This document shows, one piece after another, positions 1 through 13,014 of a stretch of DNA of 64,000 nt. How positions within the stretch are numbered: position 1 is the stretch's first letter; the number at the start of each line of letters is the position of its first letter. Both the position numbers and the translations under genes were made by a program. The stretch covers positions 2,108,001-2,172,000 of the forward strand of contig NC_043006.1 of assembly GCF_006345805.1 (NCBI RefSeq). Reading direction: 5' to 3'. A model generated the notes under the pieces. It ran no database searches. It saw only the letters and a program-made list of their open reading frames with translations, and was not told the origin of the DNA. This stretch comes from Octopus sinensis (taxonomy: Eukaryota).

Positions 1-19
1 GTGTGTGTGAATATTTTTT

Positions 20-382
20 CTTTTATTCTTTTACTTGTTTCAGTCATTTGACTGCAACCATGCTGGAACACCCCTTTGTATAGTTTTAGTTGAAGAAATT
101 GACCCCAGGACTTATTCTTTGTAAGCCTAGTACTTATTCTATCAATATCTTTTACATAAACACACCAACATCGGTTGTCAAATGATGGTGGGGAACAAAT
201 AAAAACACTCACACACACATATATATATATTATACAACAGGCTTCTTTCAGTTTCTGTCTCCCGAATCTACTGACAAGGCTTTGGACATTGTAGGAGACA
301 TTTGCCCAGGGTGTCAGGCAGTGGGACTGAACCTGGAACTATGTGGTTGGGAAGCAAGCTTCTTACCACACAGCCACACTGG
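20..382 (-). mobile_element. Abundant tRNA-type SINE (family A), with internal microsatellite
   Basis: Reverse complement has head GTGGCTGTGTGGTAAGAAGCTTGCTTCCCAACCAC, then GGTTCAGTCCCACT (B-box-like), and tail CCAGCATGG..GCAGTCAAATGACTGAAACAAGTAAAAG. The same layout recurs at 9205, 13015, 19560, 30292 and elsewhere. Confidence 0.8.
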
Positions 383-580
383 CAATGACTATGCTTGAAT
401 GGTGCTTTTTATGTGCCACTGGTATGGGGCCAGTCAGCCAGCACTGGCATTGACCACGCTCCATTGGTGCTTTTTACGTGCCACCAGCACAGGAGCCAAT
501 CAAGCGGCACGGGCATTGATCATGCTCTAATGGTGCTTTTTACGTGCCACCGGCATGGCTGCCAATCAGGCAGTACTGTC
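383..580 (-). mobile_element. Fragment of RTE LINE 3' UTR (GTGCCACCGGCAC repeat modules)
   Basis: Three copies of TGGTGCTTTTTA(C/T)GTGCCAC, matching the 3' UTR of the RTE at 7430-8019 in reverse. Confidence 0.7.
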
Positions 581-657
581 ATATATATGTATGTATATAT
601 ATATATATGTGTGTGTGTATATATATATATGTGTGTGTGTGTATATATATATATATA

Positions 658-688
<31 letters not shown>

Positions 689-697
689 GTGTGTGTG

Positions 698-760
<63 letters not shown>

Positions 761-799
761 ATATATATGTGTGTGTGTATATATATGTATATGTGTGTG

Positions 800-891
<92 letters not shown>

Positions 892-961
892 GTATATATA
901 TATATGTATATATATGTATATATAATATATATATGTATATATATGTATATGTATATATATG

Positions 962-992
<31 letters not shown>

Positions 993-1324
993 GTATATGT
1001 ATATATATTGTATATATATGTATATGTATATATATGTATATGTATATATATGTATATGTATATATGTCTGTATGTATATATATATATATGTCTGTATGTA
1101 TATATATATATGTCTGTATGTATATATATATATGTCTGTATGTATATATATATATGTATGTATGTATATATATATGTATGTATGTATATATATATGTATG
1201 TATATATGTATGTATGTATATATGTATGTATGTATATATATATGTATGTATATATATATGTATGTATATATATATGTATGTATATATATATATGTATGTA
1301 TATTATATATATATGTATGTATAT

Positions 1325-1365
<41 letters not shown>

Positions 1366-1441
1366 TATATATGTATGTATATATATATGTATGTATATAT
1401 ATATGTATGTATATATATATGTATGTATATATATATGTATG

Positions 1442-1511
<70 letters not shown>

Positions 1512-1641
1512 TGTATATATGTATATATATATATGTATATATATATATGTATGTATATATGTATGTATGTATATATGTATGTATGTATATATGTATGTAT
1601 GTATATATGTATGTATGTATATATGTATGTATGTATATATG

Positions 1642-1673
<32 letters not shown>

Positions 1674-1953
1674 TGTATGTATATATATATGTATGTATAT
1701 ATATATGTATGTATGTATATATATGTATGTATGTGTATATATATGTATGTATGTATATATATATGTATGTATGTATATATATATGTATATATATATGTAT
1801 GTATGTATATATATATGTATATATATATGTATATATATATGTATATATATATATATGTATGATATATGTATATATATATATGTATGTATATATGTATATA
1901 TATATAATGTATGTATATATATATGTATGTATATATGTATGTATGTATATATG

Positions 1954-2005
<52 letters not shown>

Positions 2006-2500
2006 TGTATGAGCGCCATACTAATACAATTGTTTGTTTGTTTCCCACCTGCCTTCGTCTTTTGTCTATTTTCATAAAGCTTCCCTATATATATATATAT
2101 ATATATATACATATATGTATGTATATATATATATATGTATGTATATATGTATGTATATATATATATATGTTTGTATGTATATATGTTTGTATGTATATAT
2201 GTATGTATATATATATATGTATATATATGTATGTATATATATATGTATATATATGTATGTATATATGTATGTATGTATATATATGTGTGTATATATGTAT
2301 ATATATATGTGTATATATGTATATATATATGTGTATATATGTATATATATATATGTGTATATATGTATATATATATATATGTATGTATATATATATGTAT
2401 GTATATATCTATACATACACGCATGTTTGTGTGTGTGCGCATGTGTTTTATATATAAATATATGTGTGTTTGTGTGTGTGGTTGTGTGTGTGAGTATATA
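581..2500. repeat. Large compound microsatellite (TA)n/(TG)n/(TATG)n
   Basis: Directly visible; source of the spurious Y/I/M/C/V ORFs. Confidence 0.97.
2010..2085. repeat. 76-bp interspersed module embedded in a (TA)n array
   Basis: TGAGCGCCATACTAATACAATTG...CATAAAGCTTCCC; near-identical inverted copy at 36341-36416, also flanked by TA repeats. Confidence 0.75.
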
Positions 2501-3324
2501 TTTATGTCCATGTATGCATATCAGTGTTTTCGTCTGTTTGCATGTATATAAAATTCATATTAAAACACAGATCTATATATTCTTAATTGGGAAAGAAGCC
2601 TCTCTCCCCACTCACTCACCTCCTTAGATAACAAAAGAAAAAGAAAAAATGAATGCGATGTCTCCGCCAATTAAAACATAAGAATCAACTGGTAATTAGA
2701 TCCACTCACTTGCTGAAGTCATAAGGTTTGCAAGGGGCGAGGGGGGGGGGGAGAAATAGAGTTTAAAAAAAAAGTCATTTCTGTGAAATGGGAGGGGACA
2801 TGGTGGCACAGACAGAAAATAAAACATAAAAATAAATGTTCTTATAATTGGGTTTCTGTCTCCCATGTGTGAGTAACTGGATAATAATAATAACCACAAC
2901 AACAATAACAATAGTAATCACTGCTACTACTGCTACCTTCTTCTTCTCTTCCTTTCTGTCTGACTACCTGCCTATCTAGCTATATATCTATCTATCTATC
3001 TATCTACCTATATATCTATCTTTCTGTCTATCTACCTATATATCTATCTTTCTGCCTATCCATCCATCCACCCACCCATCTGCCTATCCATTGTCTTTGC
3101 CCATTCATACTTCTGTCTCCACATCCTACCATTTTCTTAGGTGGTGAAATGTTCCAGCAAATGGAGTTATAAAAGTTGGGAGATGTTCTGAAAGACCAAA
3201 GAGAAGTGGTGGTAGGGAGCAAGGAACAATATCAGGCAACTAGAAGAGAAGCTGGTCAGGTCCATACAGTAAAGGGGACAAGCTGATAGTAAACTATTAC
3301 TTAATGCACCAGATATGGCTGGTT

Positions 3325-3620
3325 TGAATGCTTAAGGGCTAAATCATCTGTTTCTCTCTCTCCCTCTGTGCAGTATCCTGTAAGGGTAAAAGGATAAAGA
3401 CCCCTTTCTGTCATGAATGACCATGGGATTACACCGAGAAGGTTCCCCTCCAAGGCACAAGTCCTGGCAAGGTTATTTTGTGGAAGACCTGCAGTCACCC
3501 ATGCACACCAGCCTCCCACCAATGTTATCCAAGTGGCACAACTGGCACCAGTAATGTCACAACTCTTCAGCTGAGTGAACTGCAGCAATGTGAAATAATG
3601 TGTCTTGCTTGAGAACAGCA
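3325..3620 (-). mobile_element. SINE fragment (family C-like)
   Basis: CAGCTGAGTGAACTGCAGCAATGTGAAATAATGTGTCTTGCT matches the family C core at 41245-41480 and 54950-55195. Confidence 0.55.
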
Positions 3621-3625
3621 ACAAC

Positions 3626-4000
3626 AGTGGAGGCGCAATGGCCCAATGGTTAGGGCAGTGGACTCACGGCTGGAGGATTGCGGTTTCCCAGACCAGGCGT
3701 TGTGTGTGTTTATTGAGTGAAAACACCTAAAGCTCCACAAGGCGCCAGCAGGGGGTGACCCCTGTTGTACTCTTTCGCTCCAACTTTCTCTCACTCCTTC
3801 TTCCTGTTTCTTGTCCCCGACCTCCTATGCAACCTCTGAGCCTGGATGCGCATTCATCCATCCGTCGATGCTCTCAGTGTCGGGGGTTGACCTGCTTTCC
3901 CTTCTGCGGGTCTTACGAATAGCAAAGGACCACGTTTCAGACTTCTCCCATCTTACGAGCTCTGGGACGAAGACCGTTCGCTCAACAGCAACAACACAAC
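3626..4000 (+). mobile_element. tRNA-derived SINE (family D) with (CAA)n tail
   Basis: Head GGAGGCGCAATGGCCCAATGGTTAGGGCAGTGGACTC (A-box-like), GC-rich body, ends CAACAGCAACAAC. Confidence 0.6.
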
Positions 4001-4344
4001 CTATTCCAGGAATCAAACTCACAACCTCACGATTATGTGCCCGATGTTCTACCCACTGAACTGTACACCTTCACTTACCAGAGAAATGGGGTTTGCCAGA
4101 CTAGTTTCAGTGTTGATTACTACTTCGTCAAGGATCGGTTCCTCCTTTTACTTACTACAGACAAAATAGTAGCTTACAGTCATTCATAGCATAAACAAAT
4201 GTCGATAGTGCTGAATTGGTCTGGCCAAATCTGCAAAGGCTTCCAAGCATTTGTAATATATATCAATTAATTAATTATTTAATGGAAGCACTACACAGCA
4301 TTTTTCGATAAATATAAATACAAGCTTTATGATGTTACAACTAT

Positions 4345-4760
4345 CATCATCATCATTGTTTAACGTCCGTTCTCCATGCTAGCATGGGTTGGATGGTTCG
4401 ACCGGGATCTGGGAAGTCAGAAGGCTGCACCAGGCTCCAGTCTTATCTGGCAGTGTTTCTACAGCTGGATGCCCTTCCTAACGCCAACCACTCCGTGAGT
4501 GCAGTGGGTGCTTTTTACGTGACACCTGCACAGGTGCCAGGCGAGGCTGGCGAACGGCCATGGTCGGATTGGTGCATTTTACGTGCCACCAGCACGGAAG
4601 CCAGTCAAGGCGGCACTGCTTCGGCCACGATTCGGATGGTGCTTTTTACGTACCACCGGCACGGAAGCCAGTCAAGGCGGCACTGCTTCGGCCACGATTC
4701 GGATGGTGCTTTTTACGTGCCACCGGCACGGAAGCCAGTCAAGGCGGCGCTGGCATCAGT
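4345..4760 (-). mobile_element. 5'-truncated RTE LINE copy (3' UTR and (GAT)n tail only)
   Basis: CATCATCAT..TTTAACGTCCGTTCTCCATGCTAGCATGGGTTGGA is the reverse of the RTE tail at 7960-8019. Confidence 0.85.
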
Positions 4761-5812
4761 CGCAAAAATACTGCTTCGGTACTTCTACTTGTTATTGCAT
4801 TAATTTAGTCATTTTCGATCTATTATTACTCTATACAACCATTCTACTCTCTGCCTCTCTCTCTTGCTCACTGTTTGTCCATATATATATGTGTGTGTGT
4901 GTGTGTGAATTAATATATCATTATCTTCATCATCATCATTTAATATCTTTTTTCCATGTAGCTCTGTATTTTCAGAGTTTAATGAAATAAAAATGTCCCT
5001 TACTCATGAAAGAAGTAGTGTTGGGGACAGGAACAGCATCTGGCCTTAAATGTTGCTTTAAATAAGGACCCATCCAAACTGTGCCAGTATTAAAAAGGAA
5101 TTGTCATAAATGAGCAAATAAGCAGAGAATCTGTCTGTCTGTCCATCCGTCTAGATATCAGTCCCTTTCTCTCCCTCTCTCTCTTTCCCTCCTCTCCATC
5201 TCTCTAATCTGTCTGTTTTCCTTTTATCTAATTATCCCTCTTACTTATATCTGCCAGTCTAATCTTTATTCTCTTTCTCTCTTCACCTTCTTATGTTTTG
5301 CCTCTTTCTCTCTATCTTCTTTCTCTCCCCTATCTCATCTTTTGTCTTCTTTCTCTCTCTCTCTCTCTTTCTCAGTTTCTCACTCCTTATCATACCTCGT
5401 TTTCTCTCTCTCTCTCTACCTCAGTCTTTATCTTTATCTCTCCCCAACTTCTCCCTCTCTACTGCCTACCCTCTATTCATCTCCTTCCCTTCTTATCTTT
5501 CTTTCAATTCTGTCTATCTCTCCCTCTCTCTCTCTCTGTCTACTTCCCCTTCTGTCTCCAGCTTCTACTGTTGCTGGTGGCAGTCTGAAGAATTACAGTC
5601 TATGATGCTAATGCACTCCACATGCTTCTCTGATTCTTTACAGCTGTGGGTGCCAACTAAAGTGGACCTAAACACACACACACACACACAAATCAAATCC
5701 AGATACTCATACACGTGTGCTGCTGATGAGCTGAGGTAAACTAGATAAACATGCATGTATATAGGTATACACATAAATGTGTCTGTATACATGTGTGTGT
5801 ATATCATCATCA

Positions 5813-5882
<70 letters not shown>

Positions 5883-5935
5883 ATATATGTATGTATGTAT
5901 ATGTATATATGTATGTATATATGTATGTATGTATG

Positions 5936-5966
<31 letters not shown>

Positions 5967-6037
5967 ATGTATATGTATGTATATGTATATATATATGTAT
6001 GTATATATATATGTATATATGTATATATGTATATATG

Positions 6038-8019
6038 TACGGAGAGGGTCATAGCCCAACTAATTAGAGAGAGAGTTAGTTTAGATGAGATGCAGTTTGG
6101 GTTTGTGCCAGGGAAAAGTACTACTGATGCTATATTCCTGGTAAGGCAGCTGCAGGAGAAATACCTAGCCAAAGATAAGCCCCTGTACCTGGCTTTTGTT
6201 GACATGGAGAAAGCCTTCGACAGGGTCCCCCGATCCCTTATCTGGTGGGCAATGAGAAAACTAGGGATAGATGAATGGTTAGTGAGAGCTGTGCGGGCCA
6301 TGTATAGGGACGCCGCTAGTAGAGTGAGGGTTGGAAATGAGTACAGTGAAGAATTCCGGGTAGAGGTAGGGGTCCACCAAGGCTCAGTACTCAGCCCCCT
6401 CCTATTTATCATAGTCCTCCAGGCAATAACGGAGGAATTCAAGACAGGATGCCCTTGGGAGCTCCTCTATGCTGATGACCTTGCTCTAATTGCTGAGTCG
6501 CTATCAGAACTGGAGGAGAAGTTTCAGGTGTGGAAACAAGGATTAGAATCGAAGGGCCTCAGAGTCAATCTAGCTAAAACCAAAGTCGTAATCAGTAGGA
6601 AGGTAGACAAATCACAAACACCTTCAGGTAGATGGCCCTGCTCGATCTGTAGAAAAGGTGTAGGTAGAAACTCTATAAGATGCACCAAGTGTAAGCTATG
6701 GACACATAAGAGATGCAGCAATGTCAAAGGAAGGCTAACTAGGAAGATGGTTTTTGTATGTGGCAGATGCTCAGGAACAATAAACACTGAAAATGCTCTG
6801 AGACCAACTTCCGTCACTTTCCAGGGAGAAAAACTAGAAATAGTTGATAGTTTCCGTTACCTAGGTGACCAAGTCAGCAGCGGGGGCGGGTGTGCTGAAA
6901 GTGTAACTGCTAGAGTAAGAATAGCTTGGGCAAAGTTCAGAGAGCTCTTACCTCTGCTGGTGACAAAAGGCCTCTCGCACAGAGTGAAAGGCAGACTGTA
7001 TGATGCGTGTGTACGAACAGCCATGCTACATGGCAGTGAAACATGGGCCGTGACTGCTGAGGATATGCGTGAGCTCGCTAGAAATGAAGCCAGTATGCTC
7101 CGATGGATGTGTAATGCCGGTACTCACACTCGGCAGAGTGTAAGTACCTTGAGAGAAAAGCTGGACCTAAGAAGCATCAGTTGTGGTGTGCAAGAGAGAC
7201 GTTTGCGCTGGTATGGTCATGTGGCGAGAATGGATGAAGATAGTTGTGTGAAAAAGTGCCACACCCTAGCGGTTGAGGGAACCTGTGGAAGAGGCAGACC
7301 CAGGAAAACCTGGGACGAGGTGGTGAAGCACGACCTTCGAACTTTAGGTCTCACTGAGGAAATGACTAGAGACCGAGACCTCTGGAAGTGTGCTGTGCGC
7401 AAGAAGACCCGGCAGGACAAGTGAGTCCATAACCCATGGCCTTCTACATGGGATGGAGCCAGCCTACGTATGCATACCTTCCCTTCTTGGGACACAAAAC
7501 TCTACTTGTGAAGACGTGATGAGGCAAGTGAGGATCAGAATCGAAATCGATCAATGGAAATTGCGGATGTGCTACCAGTGCCGGTGGCATGTCAAAACTC
7601 TGCTTGTGAAGACCCGTTGAGGCAAGTGACGATCAGAATCGAAATCGATCAATGGAAATTGCAGATGTGTTACCAGTGCCGGTGGCATGTAAGAGAACTT
7701 TCCATTTCGCGACCGTTGCCAGCACCGCCCCGTTTCGTGTCCGTTGCCAGCCTCGCCTGGCCCTCGTGCCGGTGGCACATAAAAAGCACCATCCGTTCGT
7801 GGCCGTTTGCCAGCTCTGTCTGGCACCAGTGCGGGTGGCACGTAAAAAGCACCCACTACACTCACGGAGTGGTTGGCGTTAGGAAGGGCATCCAGCCGTA
7901 GAAACACTGCCAGATTTGACTGGGCCTGATGAAGCCTTCTGGCTTCACAGACCCCAGTAGAACCGTCCAACCCATGCTAGCATGGAAAACGGACGCTAAA
8001 CGATGATGATGATGATGAT
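6038..8019 (+). mobile_element. RTE-clade non-LTR retrotransposon, 5'-truncated, with ~600-bp 3' UTR and (GAT)n tail
   Basis: Open RT frame to the stop at 7424, modular 3' UTR, and tail ACGATGATGATGATG ending at ~8019. Confidence 0.95.
6039..7424 (+). CDS. RTE ORF2, partial: reverse transcriptase + internal PHD finger + C-terminal domain
   Basis: Motifs [43 protein letters not shown]. The track's N-terminal extension (5751-6038) is microsatellite. Confidence 0.9.
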   Translation, partial: TERVIAQLIRERVSLDEMQFGFVPGKSTTDAIFLVRQLQEKYLAKDKPLYLAFVDMEKAFDRVPRSLIWWAMRKLGIDEWLVRAVRAMYRDAASRVRVGNEYSEEFRVEVGVHQGSVLSPLLFIIVLQAITEEFKTGCPWELLYADDLALIAESLSELEEKFQVWKQGLESKGLRVNLAKTKVVISRKVDKSQTPSGRWPCSICRKGVGRNSIRCTKCKLWTHKRCSNVKGRLTRKMVFVCGRCSGTINTENALRPTSVTFQGEKLEIVDSFRYLGDQVSSGGGCAESVTARVRIAWAKFRELLPLLVTKGLSHRVKGRLYDACVRTAMLHGSETWAVTAEDMRELARNEASMLRWMCNAGTHTRQSVSTLREKLDLRSISCGVQERRLRWYGHVARMDEDSCVKKCHTLAVEGTCGRGRPRKTWDEVVKHDLRTLGLTEEMTRDRDLWKCAVRKKTRQDK

Positions 8020-8304
8020 GTATATGTCGGAGTTATCTCAGTTACCTTCTCCTAGAAGGATGCTCTAACAAAGGCTAGGGGTCCTTCACTCCCAATGGTT
8101 TAACCGCACGACTCAGTGGTTACCGATGATGTTGACTTGTTCTTCTTTTCGGATTATGGCTGTTGTTGCTTAGTGAGTGGGATTGACTCAGTGCACAGCC
8201 TTTCCTCACTTCAAAAAAAAATCTTGCACAGGCATTGCATGATAACAACATTGATTAAGCATCGTGCAATGGCCATACTCGTTAACGAGGGGGCAGCCAC
8301 CACT

Positions 8305-8645
8305 ATATATGTGTGTGTGTATATATATGTATGTGTATATATGTGTGTGTATATATATATATGTATGTATGTGTGTGTGTATATATATATATGTATATAT
8401 GTGTGCATATATATGTATATATGTGTGTATGTATATGCATATATATATATGTGTGTATATATATGTATATATATGCATATATATATATGTTTGTATATAT
8501 ATGTATATATATGCATATATATATGTGTGTGTATATATATATGTATATATATGCATATATATATGTGTGTGTATATATATATGTATATATATGCATATAT
8601 ATATATGTGTATATATATTTATACGTATATATATATGCATATATA

Positions 8646-8707
<62 letters not shown>

Positions 8708-8825
8708 TGTGTGAATATGTGTGTGTATGAATACATATATATATATGTATGTATGTATTCATACACACACATATTCACACACGAACACACACACATGCAT
8801 ATATATTTTTACACACACACATATT
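8305..8825. repeat. (TA)n/(TG)n compound microsatellite
   Basis: Directly visible. Confidence 0.95.
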
Positions 8826-9200
8826 TATGATGCTTCTGTGTGAACTGTGATGCTACATGGCAGAGAGTTTGGGGAGTGCGAACGCAGAGGCTGCGTGAAG
8901 GCAAGAACGCAATGAAGGGGATCCTCATTCGATGGATGTGTGATCTAAGTGTGCAACTGAGAGAGATGTAAACTGCATTGGTTTGGGTGTTTGATGTGTA
9001 TAGAGGGGGTGGGGGGTGGCAGCTGTACAAATGTATGGTGTGCAGGGAAGAGGAATGGACCCTAAGAGGGAGACTGAGAGAGTCACGGGATGAACTGGAG
9101 ACATATCTGAATCTGTCGGAAATGAGAAAAGACTGTATTGACAGGCTGTGTACTGTATGGGAGAAGACCCTGTTTGCTCAGTCAGGCATGGCAAAACGCA
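8826..9200 (+). mobile_element. Degenerate RTE ORF2 C-terminal fragment
   Basis: GATGCTTCTGTGTGAACTGTGATGCTACATGGC and CGATGGATGTGT resemble 7000-7120. Confidence 0.5.
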
Positions 9201-9204
9201 TACT

Positions 9205-9412
9205 CTTTTCTCTCTTTTACTTGTTTCAGTCATTTGACTGCGGCCATGCTGGAGCACCGCCTTTAGTCGAGCAAATCGACCCCGGGACTTATTCTTTGTA
9301 AGCCCAGTACTTATTCTATCGGTCTCTTTTGCTGAACCGCTAAGTGACGGGGACGTAAACACACCAGCATCGGTTGTCAAGCAATGCTAGGGGGACAAAC
9401 ACAGACACACAA

Positions 9413-9471
<59 letters not shown>

Positions 9472-9632
9472 TACGACAGGCTTCTTTCATTTTCCATCTA
9501 CCAAATCCACTCACAAGGCATTGGTCGGCCCGGGGCCATAGCAGAAGACACTTGCCCAAGATGCCACGCAGTGGGACTGAACCCGGAACCATGTGGTTGG
9601 TTAGCAAGCTACTTACCACACAGCCACTCCTG
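9205..9632 (-). mobile_element. SINE family A, near full length
   Basis: Same head, body and tail as the other family A copies; internal (TA)n. Confidence 0.9.
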
Positions 9633-9937
9633 CGCATGTTAAAATTATGTATAATTTTGGGTGTGTGTGCATGGGAAGTAACAGATGTCGAGAGGCTGAG
9701 ACCAGATGTCAAAGACACAAAGAGTGACTTGCACTTTTACGCCGTGCCCGCCAACCCTCTCCTCTAATAAATGCCCCTGGTTCTTCTCTACTGCCCTTGG
9801 CCTGAATAGCGACTTTAGGCATTGGCACCCTTCACTCCTATCAGGAGGACGATGAAAAGGCTCAATCTCTCTCACTACAGATTAATACTCAGAAGTTAAT
9901 GCCAATGACGATATATGTACAGACATGTATTGCTAAG

Positions 9938-9977
<40 letters not shown>

Positions 9978-10404
9978 CATATATACATATATATGTGTGT
10001 GTATATGTATATATATATGAAAGAAGGTTTGAAAATGCAATTTTAAAAGATGTTTATTCACTTGACTGGTTTCACTTTTTTAGAAAAAGATTATCAAAAG
10101 TAACATGTAAAAGCTTTGTTGTGTTAGGTACTGGTTGTCACAAAATATTACAATACATATATACATTCTTAGATAATAATAAACATGTTAAAAACAGTTT
10201 ACAATGAAAAATCTTGGGAAAGTACAAAAAAGTTCATCAAAATATTGGGCACAAATAATTACAAAACATATATACATTCTTTGATAATAATAAGAAAATG
10301 TTAAAAACAGTTTACAGAAAAACATTTTTTGAGAGATTATTAACAAGCTCATGGATTTCATTAAAAATCATATTTGTTTCTAAATATCTATATATATATA
10401 GATA

Positions 10405-10830
10405 TACATATGGAAAATCCTGGAGGGACTAGCACCAAATTTTGGAATTGAGAGCTGTTCCAATCCCTGTACAGGACGTCACTGTGTGGTGCCAAAGGTC
10501 CCGTCTTCCACATCCAGGGTAAGGAGCAGATACTGTAATAGCCTGGGGTTCAGGGGCCCTCAGCTGTTCAACAAACTGCCAAGAAAACTAAGAGATCTAC
10601 ATGATGCGGATGTGGACATTTTCAAAAAACATCTAGACAAGCTGCTTTCCGGGATCCCAGATGAACCCACTGCAAGGTATGAAGGTAACCTAAGGGCAGC
10701 AGCTACAAACTCTCTCTTAGATCAGTGGCCAGCCACGGCAAACTGGACTTAGAGAGGGTAGCAACAAGGGCGGTGCCCCAGCATGGCCTCAGCCGGATGG
10801 CTGAAACAAGTAAAAGAGTAAAAGAGAGTA
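10405..10830 (+). mobile_element. CR1-type LINE 3' fragment (family b)
   Basis: Translation YCNSLGFRGPQLFNKLPRKLRDLH..FKKHLDKLLSGIPDEP; tail GGCGGTGCCCCAGCATGGCC..GCTGAAACAAGTAAAAG. Confidence 0.85.
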
Positions 10831-11735
10831 AATATATATATATATATACACAGAAGATTATAAGTTCAAAAAGGCCATGTTTTGGTAGTATATATATATA
10901 CACACACAGAAAGAGATATACTTAGTTTACAAAGAATTTTGGATCAACTGACCTGTTTCACAATTTTACTGTAAAAGACTATTTTCTACTTTCAAGGGAC
11001 AGTTTTGGAGGTGTGTTTGGGTGGGGGGAAGGAAGAGCAATGTGGAATTGAAAAGAAGTTTTTGCTTCTCTTTCATGGTTCAGTGATATCAGCATGGATG
11101 GTAGACATAAAACAATGATGCACATGCTTACATATGAACACATACATATATACACACTCAAACTCACATACACACAAGCACACACATGCAAACATACATA
11201 CTACACACAAATATGTATAACAATTACTGTGTGGTTGAAATGTCCATTTCACAACCACTGCACAGTACCTTGGGCAAATATTATATCATAGTCTTGGGCT
11301 TTGAGAGTAGATTGGTACACACGCACGCGAGTGTGCATGTGTATATATTTAAACTTGCTTGCATAAATACACACACACATACACCCATGCACAGATACTC
11401 ATACTTACATACATACACATGTATAATCACACATTCATACAGACTCATATATGCTTACAGCTGCTGAATTTAACCAAACATATGCCAACCTAACAGTTTA
11501 CTAATCTTTCTGCCAGCTGTGTAACAGAGAGAAATTAATAGTAATCCTTTTTTTTTTGTATTTTTTAAAAACATTTCTTTATTTACCACTATGTACCCCA
11601 TAAATACAATAAAAATGTTGAACACAGAAGTTATACACAGCTCTTACTAAATTATACTAAAAAAAATGGTGGTTGGTTAAAGACATGCAATGTACACACA
11701 CATGCATATGTGTGCGTATGTGAATGTCAATATAT

Positions 11736-11764
<29 letters not shown>

Positions 11765-11767
<3 letters not shown>

Positions 11768-12955
11768 CATCATCATCATCGTTTAACGTCCGTTTTCCGC
11801 GCTAGCACGGGTTGGACGGTTCGACTGGAGTCTGGGAAGCCAGGGGCTGCACCAGGCTCCAGTCTGATCTGGCAGTGTTTCTACAGCTGGATGCCCTTCC
11901 TAATGCCAACCATTCCGCGAGTGTAGTGGGTGCTTTTTACGTGCCACCGGCACAGGTGCCAGGGGAGTCTGGCATTGGCCACGATCGGTTGGTGCTTTTT
12001 ATGTGCCACCGGCACAGAAGCCAGTCGAGGCAGCGCTGGCTTCGGTCACGTTTGGATGGTGCTTTTTATGTGCCACCGGCACAGAAGCCAGTCGAGGCGG
12101 TGCTGGCATCGGCCACGTTCGGATGGTGCCTTTTATGTGCCACCAGCACTGAAGCCAGTCGAGGCGGCGCTGGCATCAGCCACATTTGGATGGTGCTTTT
12201 TATGTGCCACAGGCACAGGTATCACAACTACTATTTCCATTGATATTTATTTTGATGTTCATGTACTTGACTCAACAGGTCTCCTCAAGCACAGCGGGAT
12301 GTTCTGGAATCCAAGGTACTTTGAATGGACAGGGGCTATGCGGGACTGGTGCAGGAAGCAGCCCGGGTCTTTGCAGTCACAGCATATCTCCAGAGATCTC
12401 GGTCCTTCGTCATTGCCTCTGTGAGGCCCAACACTCTGAGGTCATGCTTGACCACCTCATCCCATGTCTTCCTGGGTCTACCTCTCCCCCTGATACCTTC
12501 AACTGTTTGGGAGCGGCACTTCTTCACACATCTCTCCTCATCCATCAGCAGTACATGACCATACCATCGCAAGTGTCGCTCTTGCACACCACATCTGATG
12601 CTTCTTATGTCCAGCATTTCTCTCAGGGTGCTTATCCTCTGTCGTGCACGCACACTGACATTACACATCCAGCGGATCATGCTAGCTTCATTTCTTTCAA
12701 GTCTACGCATGTCCTCTGCAGTCACAGCCTATGTTTCACTACCGTGAAGCATGGCAGTTCGCACACATGCATCATACAATCTACCTTTCACTCTGAGCGA
12801 GAGACCCTTTGTCGCCAGTAGGGGTAGGAGCTTTCTGAACTTTGCCCAGGCTATTCATATTCTAGTGGTGACACTCTCTGAGCATCCACCTCCACTACTC
12901 ACTTGGTCACCCAGGTAGCGGAAACTATCAACTACTTCTAGTTTCTCCCCCTGGA
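11765..12955 (-). mobile_element. RTE LINE 3' portion (ORF2 C-terminus + 3' UTR)
   Basis: ORF 12336-12725 ([18 protein letters not shown]) is a diverged homolog of the 6039-7424 protein; (GAT)n tail at ~11765. Confidence 0.9.
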
Positions 12956-13014
12956 GTGTGATGGAATATATATATATATATATATGTGTACATATGTAAA
13001 TATATTATGTGTAT

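Noticed and set aside
395-2627. Long ORFs (up to 637 aa) rich in Y/I/M/C/V/H/T
   Set aside because: Translations of stop-free (TA)n/(TATG)n microsatellite; the same applies to 8116-8830, 20904-21440, 27013-27558, 44523-46112 and 59056-60145.
3626-3700. tRNA-like sequences at SINE heads (also 13015, 41250, 43500, 55150)
   Set aside because: No complete cloverleaf or acceptor stem; each continues into a SINE body, so not tRNA genes.
5562-5735. Possible symmetric exon (strong acceptor, GAG|GTAAAC donor, open frame)
   Set aside because: Contains a (CA)n run, encodes an unconvincing peptide, and its phase does not join directly to the 13801 exon.
5715-5755. CTGATGAG hammerhead-like core
   Set aside because: No GAAA and no stem I or III pairing.
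5751-6038. N-terminal extension of the 557-aa ORF
   Set aside because: Microsatellite fortuitously in frame with the 5'-truncated RTE ORF.
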